Source: Eubacteriales bacterium (GTDB lineage: Bacteria > Bacillota > Clostridia > Oscillospirales > CAG-272). From it: a stretch of DNA of 62,687 nt. Positions 7,916 through 16,300 of this stretch are shown here, piece after piece (the first letter of the stretch is position 1; every line of letters begins with the position of its first letter). The stretch covers positions 1 to 62,687 of the forward strand of contig JAZSGX010000067.1 in the NCBI GenBank assembly GCA_045532975.1, read 5' to 3'. Made by a program: the position numbers and the translations under genes. The notes under the pieces are model-generated. The model was not told where the DNA came from and searched no databases. It was given only the letters and a program-made list of their open reading frames with translations.

Positions 7916-7946
7916 TTGACCTTGACCCAAGGTTATAGTTTACAAT
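7916..7946 (+). promoter_or_regulatory. MerR-type promoter with 19-bp spacer (copy 2)
   Basis: TTGACC, 19 nt (ttgacccaaggttatagtt), TACAAT. Perfect palindrome ACCTTG-ACC-CAAGGT at 7919-7933. Confidence 0.7.
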
Positions 7947-8002
7947 TACAATGAGCAATAGTATGCTTAATTAAAAAGAATAAATTTAGGGAGAAAAAGG
8001 CA

Positions 8003-9601
8003 ATGAAGAAAAAACTGTTTTTGACAATCATTATGGCAACTGTTCTTGTTTTGGTACTTGCATTTGCAGTGTCGGCAGACTCTGTTCATAACGAGAACAC
8101 GGTTGACTATAGTGCAACTGTAACACTTGGTGACGGAGCTGTGCTTCGTTTGTATGACGAAAACAAAGAAGCCCTTATTTGGTACATTGACGGTACAGAT
8201 GAGGGAGGAAAGACAAAATATTCATCGGTCCGCGCGGATGACTCTAATAGGGTAACGTGGAAAGCAGAAAGCTGGGACGAGGTTCAAAACTGGGACGCCC
8301 TGCTTGAGGATGGAAAAACATCAATTAAAAGCAAAATAGTAGTAATTAATTTGATGGACGATGATGTTGTTAGAAATACAGGTAACGCTAATTATCTCTA
8401 CAAGCCTATGAACAACTTTAAGCGGTTGTTTGAGAGTATGAAAAACCTTGAATACTGTTACCTAAGACTTGATACGAAGCAAATTAACACAAACTCCTTT
8501 TCTGGATGCACCAAATTGAAGTATATAAACTTAGAGAATTTGACACAACTTCAAAGAATGGCACAGAACAGTCAGTTCAGCGGATGCACAAGCTTGTTTG
8601 ACGGACAGGTGCTTGACCTTACAAGAACTCAATTATACGAATTTGAGGGCTCCTCAACCTTTAGCGGCGTTCCCTTTAAAGGTGTAAAATTCCCGGAAAC
8701 AATGGCTAAAGTGGGTAGTGGAACAACATTTAATAACTGCACAAAGCTTGAATTTGTCTCCATAGGTAACAAGGCAAGATTCTACGGCACACCGTTTAGT
8801 GGTTGCACATCACTTAAAGCAATTTACTATGTTGGTACATTAGACGAATTAACTGCTTCAATCGGTAGCAGCGTGGTTACCGCTACAACAAAATCTTATG
8901 CTGAATACAAGGCGCTTTCCGACAAGAGTGGAGTATATGCTGTGTATAATTACAGCAGATGCGAGGCGTTTAACCAAGGCGTACACGGAACAATAAATGT
9001 AACAAATGCTTGCGTTGGTATTTGCTCAGTGTGTGATGAGACAGTTGTTAACCATGTGGACGGAAATACAGGCGTAACAATTACATATTCGAATTATGCA
9101 GATGAAGGAACAAAAACATTAAAATGTAATAACACAGGCTGTACATATAACACAACAGAAGCGGCTTCTAAACTCTTTACATGTCTCGGCTATTCAGCAC
9201 CTGAGGACGGCAGAGGTGGAATTGCAATCGGCTTTACTGTAAATAATGAAGCTATTAAAGAATACACAGAAGCAACAGGAAAAACCTTAAAATACGGTGT
9301 ATTTGCAGTATTAAAGGATAGACTTGGTGATAATGATGTGTTTGCAGATGATGGCACAGTGGCAGAGGGTGTTATCGATGTTGAAATTACAAAATACGAG
9401 TTTGTAGTATTTGAAATTAAAATAGTTGGCTTTACTGATGAGCAGAAAGATACAAAGCTTGCTATGGGTGCATATGTAGCTGTAACAGATGGTGAAACTA
9501 CAAAATATTCATATATGCAGGACGACTCCAAGGGCGTAAAGGTAGGAAATTACTACTTTGTTTCATATAACAATATTGTAGGCAAGCCTGCAGTAGAATA
9601 A
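8003..9601 (+). CDS. Secreted BspA-type leucine-rich-repeat protein with C-terminal Cys-motif plus 'GYS' domain (paralog 1)
   Basis: Signal peptide MKKKLFLTIIMATVLVLVLAFAVSA. F.GC..L LRR units. C-terminus CNNTGC...LFTCLGYS...KYGVFAVL is shared with four other proteins in the window. Confidence 0.8.
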   Translation: MKKKLFLTIIMATVLVLVLAFAVSADSVHNENTVDYSATVTLGDGAVLRLYDENKEALIWYIDGTDEGGKTKYSSVRADDSNRVTWKAESWDEVQNWDALLEDGKTSIKSKIVVINLMDDDVVRNTGNANYLYKPMNNFKRLFESMKNLEYCYLRLDTKQINTNSFSGCTKLKYINLENLTQLQRMAQNSQFSGCTSLFDGQVLDLTRTQLYEFEGSSTFSGVPFKGVKFPETMAKVGSGTTFNNCTKLEFVSIGNKARFYGTPFSGCTSLKAIYYVGTLDELTASIGSSVVTATTKSYAEYKALSDKSGVYAVYNYSRCEAFNQGVHGTINVTNACVGICSVCDETVVNHVDGNTGVTITYSNYADEGTKTLKCNNTGCTYNTTEAASKLFTCLGYSAPEDGRGGIAIGFTVNNEAIKEYTEATGKTLKYGVFAVLKDRLGDNDVFADDGTVAEGVIDVEITKYEFVVFEIKIVGFTDEQKDTKLAMGAYVAVTDGETTKYSYMQDDSKGVKVGNYYFVSYNNIVGKPAVE

Positions 9602-9612
9602 GAGGTGGTACA

Positions 9613-9768
9613 ATGAAATATGTAACACCAAAATATGAAATGTCTGTTATAGAAACAGAAGATATTATAACTGCTTCATCTAGTCAGGCTGCTAATTATG
9701 AGATTGAAGAAAAGGATGATGGAAGTGGAAATATCTTAATAGATATAGGCAAGCTATTTTTCAGTTAA
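9613..9768 (+). CDS. 51-aa acidic peptide, MKYVTPKYE family
   Basis: Not in the ORF track (under 60 aa). AGAGGTGG RBS 5 nt upstream, 11 nt after the stop of the preceding gene, followed by a hairpin. Homologous N-terminus to the ORF at 34193-34360. Confidence 0.6.
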   Translation: MKYVTPKYEMSVIETEDIITASSSQAANYEIEEKDDGSGNILIDIGKLFFS

Positions 9769-9990
9769 ACAACAGAAAAGCTGTATAGAGTAGAATCTAT
9801 ATGGCTTTTTCTTTTTGCAAAAAACTTCAAAAAAGAGGTAACAAAAGAACTCGGTTTGAGTTGGAAAATAAATGGAGCGGTGGTTTATGGTGTAATGTTG
9901 GGCTAAGAGGTAGCTGCTTTTGCAATTGGTGAATTGTTGTTGCGTTTTGCAATTGACTGTGATATAATTGAGAAAAAAGGATGTGGCGAA

Positions 9991-10158
9991 ATGGAAACAA
10001 GATTTTATGAGGTTGTAAGAATTGAGGGCGAATATGCTTACATTAAGAATGTAGAAACAGGCGAGGAGATTTTTATCGCTATGTTTTTGTTGCCTGATGG
10101 GGTTGATATTGGCACAAAATTAAAATATGAAATGCTTGAATACGAAATAATTGATTAA
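9991..10158 (+). CDS. DUF3006-like small protein
   Basis: METRFYEVVRIEGEYAYIKNVETGEEIFIAMFLLPDGVDIGTKL matches the DUF3006 pattern (E.dyAvl...g....ip...LP.g..eG). Internal ATG chosen over the track start at 9934. Confidence 0.55.
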   Translation: METRFYEVVRIEGEYAYIKNVETGEEIFIAMFLLPDGVDIGTKLKYEMLEYEIID

Positions 10159-10169
10159 GGAGATATTTT

Positions 10170-11039
10170 ATGAAAAAGGTTGCAGTTTTTATGCTTTTCG
10201 GTCAGTCCAATGCGACGGGACACGCTATGCCAATGGAGGAAAAGGACATAATTCGCGAGCCGCTTAAAAACGTTTTTGGATTGAACAGAGAGCCAAATCA
10301 GAGCTTTGACACTGAAAAGGTTAAGTTTACAGGTTATACAAGCTTTGGTATGAATTTGGCGGAAAATCAGGACAATACCTATTCCGTTGCTAACTGCTTG
10401 GCAAAGAGATGGCAGGCGGATATTGATAACGGTGTGGAATTGCCTGACTTATATATAATTCATATTTCCATAGGCTCACAGGGTGTGTACGGAATGTGGA
10501 GCCCACACAGGGCGAAAAAGCTAATACCGGGCAAGCTTGGGGATTGCGACGTTTCTATGTATCCTCTTGCGGTGCATGTCCTCGGACTTACCAAAAAGTA
10601 TTTTGAGGAAAACGAGATGGAGCCCGATTTTGTGGGCATACATTGGCGTGGTGGTGAGCAGGAGACATGGCAGCATACATCTCGTCTTGAGGGTCGCTTA
10701 AAGGCAGATTACTTAACTATCTTCAATGGCTTGCGCGAGGCAATCGGAGCAGAGGCGCCTATTGTTTTACATAGGATGCCTTTTGTACAGGTTATGAAAA
10801 ATGCGGATGCAAGCGGTAAGTGTCTTGACTCTATGAATTATATAAATGGTCTATTTGAGGAAATGGCGAACGAGCTATCTAAAACAAGTGTGTTTGATGT
10901 AAGAAGATGTCCCTTCTATGATGAGAACACCTGGGACTGCAACATATTCCGCTGGGATTTAATTCATTATCAGGGCAGGACAAACGATTGGGTAGCTTCC
11001 GAGATTTTAGAAAATTATAAAAAGGAGCGTCAAATATAA
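10170..11039 (+). CDS. SASA/DUF303-type carbohydrate esterase (sialate O-acetylesterase-like)
   Basis: N-terminal FGQSNATGH (GQSN.G catalytic block). 289 aa, no signal peptide. Confidence 0.65.
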   Translation: MKKVAVFMLFGQSNATGHAMPMEEKDIIREPLKNVFGLNREPNQSFDTEKVKFTGYTSFGMNLAENQDNTYSVANCLAKRWQADIDNGVELPDLYIIHISIGSQGVYGMWSPHRAKKLIPGKLGDCDVSMYPLAVHVLGLTKKYFEENEMEPDFVGIHWRGGEQETWQHTSRLEGRLKADYLTIFNGLREAIGAEAPIVLHRMPFVQVMKNADASGKCLDSMNYINGLFEEMANELSKTSVFDVRRCPFYDENTWDCNIFRWDLIHYQGRTNDWVASEILENYKKERQI

Positions 11040-11527
11040 TGAAAAGAATCGTAGCGTTAATTTTGTGTGTGGCAACACTTTTTGCATTTTCAGTAATGTT
11101 TACGGGCTGTGGACAGGAGCAGGAAACGTATTTGCAGTATGGTAAGAAATACACATATCGGTATGATGAAAAAACTGAGGCAAAAGAAATCCATTATAGA
11201 GATACCTTTGTATTTAACGAGGACAAAACGGGTCAATATGACGAATATGAAAAAATAGAGGACTTTGAATATGACGGTAAATATAGCTATGTGCGTTCCT
11301 TCACTATAAAATTCAAGTGGAGATGGGCAGATATGGAAAAAAGCGCTATCTATATATTTGAAACTGAGCGTATTTATAACGACGAGCATGACGATTATAA
11401 GGATGCATCGATTTCCAATCTTCCATTTATAATCGGAGAGGAGTTTGTAGCGATATCGGGCGGAGCAAGATTTGTTCTTGAGGACTCCGATGTGTTTAAC
11501 GCGGAAAACGCGCTAAATGAGAATTAA
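11039..11527 (+). CDS. Lipoprotein, function unknown
   Basis: Signal peptide with lipobox FTGC. Start overlaps the upstream stop (ATAATG). Confidence 0.6.
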   Translation: MKRIVALILCVATLFAFSVMFTGCGQEQETYLQYGKKYTYRYDEKTEAKEIHYRDTFVFNEDKTGQYDEYEKIEDFEYDGKYSYVRSFTIKFKWRWADMEKSAIYIFETERIYNDEHDDYKDASISNLPFIIGEEFVAISGGARFVLEDSDVFNAENALNEN

Positions 11528-11638
11528 GCTCATTGATATAAATAAAGCGTATCAAGGTTTTGGTAAAACGGGTCGTCGGGGACGTCTAACCCTATGACAG
11601 GTATGTGGAACAGAACACGGTGGAGAAAACAGAAAAAT

Positions 11639-11664
11639 GGGACGCCGAGGGCGTTGTCCCCTAC
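11639..11664. repeat. GC-rich REP-like hairpin, copy 1
   Basis: GGGACGCCGAGGGCGTTGTCCCCTAC matches 29893-29918 at 25 of 26 positions. Core palindrome GACGCC-GAG-GGCGT(T/C). Confidence 0.7.
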
Positions 11665-11672
11665 ATAGGGTA

Positions 11673-11761
11673 CGTGGCACGGAACACGGCAAGTAAAATG
11701 TAAAGCACCCCACAATGCTTTAGGCACAGTGGGGTGATATTTGTAAACTAAGTCTGTAAGC
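11673..11761 (-). repeat. 89-bp direct duplicate of the rnpB 3' end, terminator and downstream flank
   Basis: 88 of 89 positions identical to 11875-11963 (offset 202 bp). Includes the last nucleotides of rnpB (GCTTACAGACTTAGTT on the minus strand) and the CACCCCAC/GTGGGGTG hairpin. Confidence 0.85.
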
Positions 11762-11874
11762 TGGCGACAAGGCAAAAACAATTGAGTATTGTTTTTGGTG
11801 CAGGAGCTTGCCAAAACAGTGGGAGTGACGAGACGAGTGTATCGAGGCGAAGGCAATCGCGTATGTTTTGAGCG
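11762..11874 (+). repeat. Structured module, copy 4, between the two rnpB 3'-end duplicates
   Basis: AAAAACAAT-TGAGT-ATTGTTTTT (11774-11796), GAGTGTATCGAGGCG (11835-11849), GTATGTTTT (11861-11869). Collinear with 930-1040. Confidence 0.75.
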
Positions 11875-11944
11875 CGTGGCACAGAACACGGCAAGTAAAA
11901 TGTAAAGCACCCCACAATGCTTTAGGCACAGTGGGGTGATATTT

Positions 11945-12349
11945 GTAAACTAAGTCTGTAAGCCGTGTTCTGTCGTTTAAGACGGTCATCTATCTTTGCT
12001 TTATGTTGCCATAAAGCTCCGCAAATTGCGTGCCACCCGGGGAAACGCCAAATGGCTTGTCGGGCTAACAAGATTTTCCCCATGCGGTGTTGCTTCGGAT
12101 AGGGTTTACACCCACCCTATGTTACCATAGCGTGTCGTGAGCTCTTACCTCACGTTTTCAACCTTACATAACGGACGGTCGGGGACGCCCGTCCCTACAA
12201 CCGTGGAATATTATGCGGTAATTTTCTGTTGCACTTTCCCTAAGGTCACCCTCGGCTGACGTTATCAGTTATCCTGCCCTGTGAAGCACGGACTTTCCTC
12301 ACCGTAATACCTTTCGGCAACATACGGCGCGACCGTCCAACTTAGTTCG
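11945..12349 (-). ncRNA. rnpB: RNase P RNA (bacterial, type-A-like)
   Basis: Minus strand carries GAGGAAAGTCCG (12290-12300 on plus), AGGGCAGG, AAGTGCAACAGAAA, GGTAAGAGCTCAC, GTAAACCC and ACAGAACACGGCTTACAG. P1 pairs AACTAAGT with ACTTAGTT. Ends are good to about 5 nt. Confidence 0.9.
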
Positions 12350-12355
12350 GTATCT

Positions 12356-12384
12356 ATTATAATCGAAAAAAACTTATTTGTCAA
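12356..12384 (-). promoter_or_regulatory. Sigma-A promoter of rnpB
   Basis: Minus strand TTGACA, 17 nt, TATAAT. The -10 element ends 7 nt before the P1 5' strand. Confidence 0.7.
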
Positions 12385-12454
12385 GCAAGAATTACCACAT
12401 ATATTTTTCCCTCATATGATAAAAATAGTAATAGATAACTTTTTGGGGTGGACT

Positions 12455-12646
12455 ATGATGAATGAAATACCGAAAATTCCGCTGTCGTTGCAAATGGCTC
12501 TTGCTCATAATGCAAACGCTATGTATTCCTTTTTGAAGCTTGATAATAAAATGCAGGATGAAATAATCGAAAGAGTGAATAAAACAGAAACAAAGCGCGA
12601 AATACAAAAAATAGTTGATGAAATACCTGAAATTCGCCTCCATTAG
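12455..12646 (+). CDS. Hypothetical 63-aa protein
   Basis: GGGGTGG RBS. ORF followed by hairpin GCCTCC-ATTA-GGGGGC plus a T-tract. No family recognised. Confidence 0.4.
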   Translation: MMNEIPKIPLSLQMALAHNANAMYSFLKLDNKMQDEIIERVNKTETKREIQKIVDEIPEIRLH

Positions 12647-12732
12647 GGGGCTTTTTTCTTCCAAACGGTAATTGACAGTTGTATGTATTAGTGATATAAT
12701 ATATTATGTATAATTATGTGCGAGGTGATACT

Positions 12733-13473
12733 GTGTTAAAAATTGAAAATTTAACAAAAACCTACGGCGACAAGCGTGCCGTTGACAATTTGAGCCTACA
12801 TATTAAGGCAGGGGAGATGTATGCCTTTATCGGTCACAACGGTGCAGGCAAAACCACCACTATCAAGGCCTGCACAGGACTTTTGAATTTTGACGGTGGC
12901 GAGATTTATATTGATGGGATGTCAATTAAGAAAAGCCCTCTTGAATGTAAAAGAAAATTTGCATATATTCCCGACAATCCTGACCTTTATGAGTTTATGT
13001 CGGGCATTAAATATCTTAACTTTGTGGCGGACATATACGGTGTTTCCACCGAGGAAAGAAACGAAAAGATTAAAAAATACGGTGATATGTTTGGTCTAAC
13101 CGGGGATTTGGCACAGCCTGTGTCTGCCTACTCACACGGTATGAAGCAGAAGCTTGCTATTATTTCCGCACTTGTTCATTCCCCGAAGCTCCTTATTATG
13201 GATGAACCGTTTGTGGGGCTTGACCCAAAGGCATCCTTCCTTTTGAAGGAGGAAATGAAGAAAATATGCGAAAACGGTGGCGCTATCTTTTTCTCTACCC
13301 ACGTGCTTGATGTGGCAGAGAAGATTTGTGACAATATCGCCATAATTAAGGATGGAAAATTAGTTATCAACGGCAAGATGGCGGAGGTAAAGGGAGATAA
13401 CTCCTTGGAGAGCATTTTCTTGGAGCTTGAGGACAAGGACAGTACCTTTGGAAAGGACTGGGAGAATGCTTAA
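12733..13473 (+). CDS. ABC transporter ATP-binding protein
   Basis: Walker A GHNGAGKTT, signature SHGMKQK, Walker B LLIMDEP. GTG start after GAGGTGA. A TTGACA-17-TATAAT promoter lies at about 12670-12697. Confidence 0.85.
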   Translation: MLKIENLTKTYGDKRAVDNLSLHIKAGEMYAFIGHNGAGKTTTIKACTGLLNFDGGEIYIDGMSIKKSPLECKRKFAYIPDNPDLYEFMSGIKYLNFVADIYGVSTEERNEKIKKYGDMFGLTGDLAQPVSAYSHGMKQKLAIISALVHSPKLLIMDEPFVGLDPKASFLLKEEMKKICENGGAIFFSTHVLDVAEKICDNIAIIKDGKLVINGKMAEVKGDNSLESIFLELEDKDSTFGKDWENA

Positions 13474-15055
13474 AATCCTTATTAAAACAAGACTTTTAGC
13501 CTTGCTTACCTCTTTTAGCCAGCTTGGAAAGGGTAAAAGAAAGAAAAATCAATCCCTTGCCACTGTGCTTTTGATGACGCTGCTTTTGGGCGGAGTTATA
13601 GCTGCTAGCGTTGGCTTTATGTTTTGGGGCTTTTGCGAAATGTTTGTAGCGATTGACGCTATATGGGCGTTTTGGGTGCTTGCTGTAATTTACGCAGCTA
13701 TGCTTTGTGTAATCGGTAGTATTTTCACTGTTAAAACTCAGATTTTTGAGTCAAAGGACAATGATTTGCTCCTTTCAATGCCTATACCACAAAGATATAT
13801 TTTTATTAGCAGAATGATAGTTTTGTTAATAGTCAACGTGCTTTTGGAAGCAATAATTTTGTTGCCTGCCTTGGTGATTTACTGTATTATGGTTGGCTTG
13901 TCCATTGGCGGTGTTGTTGGCTATATCGGTATATTTTTGTTTTTGCCCTTTTTGTCCTTGACTGTATCTACGGTGGTGGCTTGGGTGGTTTCCGAGATTG
14001 CATCAAGAGTAAGGCACAAAAATCTTATAACCGTTATTTTGTTCTTAATTTTCTTTGGCGGTTATATGTACTTATCCTTCTCCATAGGCGGCTTGATAGG
14101 AGAGGGCGGACTTTTTGACCCGTCGGGCTTTAAAAACACACTTGTGTTTTGGTGGGGTGCTGACGCTATTGCAAACGGTAGCCTGTTGTCGCTTTTGTGG
14201 TTTGGCTTGTGCGCTATAATCCCTGCTGTTATTACGCTTTTTGTCCTTGACAAAACATTTATAAGAATAACAACAACTAAAAAAGCCTTAAATAAGATTG
14301 AATATAAGGGCAATAAGACAAAGTCAAACGGTGTGTCCCTTGCCCTTTTGAAAAAGGAGCTTGGTCGCTTCTTTAGTAGCGTTTCTTACATCTTAAATGC
14401 GGGAATCGGTACTATTATGACTCTTGTGATGTCAATAATCTTGGCAATTACAGCAGGCGATTTATTGCCTATTGTAGATGTGGAAGGCTTTGAGTGGGTG
14501 GCTGATATAATACCGATGGCGGTGGTTATTGTTTGCGCCTTCTTTGGCTCTATGAGCTTCGTGTCTGCCCCATCTATTTCCTTAGAGGATAAGCAGCTAT
14601 GGATTTTACATTCAATGCCCATAGACCCAAAAAGCGTGTTGATGGCTAAATTCAATGCTCATATGATGGTTTGCACTCCGCTAACCCTTATAAGCTCGGT
14701 TATGCTTTGCATAGCCTATGAGGTGGGTGCATTGATGAGTATATTCGTTATAATAACCGTGCTTGCAACGGTGGTGCTTTGCGACTATGTTGGCTTGTTC
14801 TTCGGCCTTATGTTCCCAAAATTCGGTTGGCAAAACGAAAATGCGGTTATTAAGCAAAGCATGGCGGTGACTGTTTCTATGCTTTCGGGAATGGCATTCT
14901 TTGTCAGTATGGGCGTGCTTGGATATTTCACGGCTACGGTCAACCCGTGGCTTAGCGTTGGCACGATATTTGCTGTGTGCGTAATATTGTCGGTTATACT
15001 TCACCTATATTTGATTGGCGGCGGAACAAAGAGATTTGAAAATTTGAAAAAGTAA
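13466..15055 (+). CDS. ABC-2-type multi-pass permease
   Basis: About 530 aa, at least 10 TM segments. Start overlaps the ATPase stop. Confidence 0.65.
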   Translation: MLKILIKTRLLALLTSFSQLGKGKRKKNQSLATVLLMTLLLGGVIAASVGFMFWGFCEMFVAIDAIWAFWVLAVIYAAMLCVIGSIFTVKTQIFESKDNDLLLSMPIPQRYIFISRMIVLLIVNVLLEAIILLPALVIYCIMVGLSIGGVVGYIGIFLFLPFLSLTVSTVVAWVVSEIASRVRHKNLITVILFLIFFGGYMYLSFSIGGLIGEGGLFDPSGFKNTLVFWWGADAIANGSLLSLLWFGLCAIIPAVITLFVLDKTFIRITTTKKALNKIEYKGNKTKSNGVSLALLKKELGRFFSSVSYILNAGIGTIMTLVMSIILAITAGDLLPIVDVEGFEWVADIIPMAVVIVCAFFGSMSFVSAPSISLEDKQLWILHSMPIDPKSVLMAKFNAHMMVCTPLTLISSVMLCIAYEVGALMSIFVIITVLATVVLCDYVGLFFGLMFPKFGWQNENAVIKQSMAVTVSMLSGMAFFVSMGVLGYFTATVNPWLSVGTIFAVCVILSVILHLYLIGGGTKRFENLKK

Positions 15056-15064
15056 GGAAAAATA

Positions 15065-16300
15065 ATGAAGGAATTACTTTGCCCTGCGGGCAATTTTGAA
15101 AAAATGAGAGCTGCTATACTTTACGGTGCGGATGCGGTTTATCTTGCTTCTGATATGTTTGGTATGCGTGCAGCGGCTGATAACTTTACTCTTGAGGAGC
15201 TTTCCGAGGCGGTAAAATATGCCCACGAAAGAAAGGTCAAGATTTATGTTACCGTTAATACAATGCCCCACACCTGCGAGTATGAAAGGCTTAAAAAATA
15301 TCTTTTAGCATATAATGAGATGGGGGTTGATGCCCTTATCATTTCCGATATTGGTGTTATTTCCTTGACCAAGGAAATAATTCCAAATATGGAAATACAT
15401 ATCTCTACACAAGCAAGTATTGTTTCTGCTCAAACCGCTACTGCTTTTTACAATATGGGGGCAAAGCGTGTTGTACTTGCAAGAGAGCTTTCCTTGGATG
15501 AAATTAAGGAAATTCGCGCAAATACGCCGCCAGAGTTGGAAATCGAGTGCTTTATACACGGTTCTATGTGTATCTCTTATAGTGGCAGATGCCTGTTGTC
15601 TAACTTCTACACAGGCAGGGACGCTAACCGTGGTGCTTGCGCTCAGCCTTGCAGATGGAATTATACTAACGCTATGCCTCTTGCCTTTGCGGAGGAAAAG
15701 CGTTTGGGAGATAACTTGTCAATTGAAGAATACAAAGAAGGCTCCTTTGTTATGTCCTCTAAGGATATGTGTATGATTGAGCATATACCGGAGCTTATGG
15801 AAAGCGGAATTGACAGCTTTAAAATAGAGGGACGTATGAAGAGCGCTTACTATACCGCTATTTGTGCCAACACCTACAAAATGGCAATGAGTGAGTATCT
15901 TAAAAATCCTAAGAGTTATGAATATAACCCCTTGTGGCTTCGTGAGCTTGAAAGTGTAAGCCACCGCGAATATGCAACAGGCTTTTACTTTGACAATCCT
16001 ATGGAAAATCCTCAAACCGTTACTCAAAACGGGTATCTTAGGGAAAAGGCATATCTTTGCGTAGCTACGGGAGAATACGACGGAGAATTTGCTTGGTTTG
16101 TACAAAGGAACAAGATTATCGAGGGGGACTCCTGTGAAATGATTACCCCTGGTGAGTGTGGCAAAGCCTTTGTTGCAACGGAGCTATACAATGAAAAGAG
16201 CGATAAGATTGAGTCTGCTCCACATCCGTCAATGAAATTTAAAATGCGTGTGCCATTCCCTGTAAAAGCAGGAGATATTGTGCGCTCAAGTGAGGTTTAA
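15065..16300 (+). CDS. U32-family peptidase-like protein
   Basis: MKELLCPAGN...AILYGADAVYL and the E..IHG.MC.SYSGRC motif typical of U32. Confidence 0.8.
   Translation: MKELLCPAGNFEKMRAAILYGADAVYLASDMFGMRAAADNFTLEELSEAVKYAHERKVKIYVTVNTMPHTCEYERLKKYLLAYNEMGVDALIISDIGVISLTKEIIPNMEIHISTQASIVSAQTATAFYNMGAKRVVLARELSLDEIKEIRANTPPELEIECFIHGSMCISYSGRCLLSNFYTGRDANRGACAQPCRWNYTNAMPLAFAEEKRLGDNLSIEEYKEGSFVMSSKDMCMIEHIPELMESGIDSFKIEGRMKSAYYTAICANTYKMAMSEYLKNPKSYEYNPLWLRELESVSHREYATGFYFDNPMENPQTVTQNGYLREKAYLCVATGEYDGEFAWFVQRNKIIEGDSCEMITPGECGKAFVATELYNEKSDKIESAPHPSMKFKMRVPFPVKAGDIVRSSEV

Noticed and set aside
11530-11989. Track ORFs 11530-11910 and 11720-11989 on the minus strand (126 and 89 aa)
   Set aside because: They overlap each other, the 89-bp duplicates, the REP hairpin and the 3' end of rnpB. 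The repeated peptide segments simply reflect the DNA duplication.
12170-12205. GC-rich hairpin ACGGTCGGGGACGCCCGTCCCTACAACCGT inside rnpB, resembling the REP-like repeat and considered as an insertion into RNase P RNA
   Set aside because: It lies where the variable P12 helix is expected and folds as a simple extension of it. The similarity to the REP is limited to a GGGACG/CGTCCC core, so it is probably native structure.
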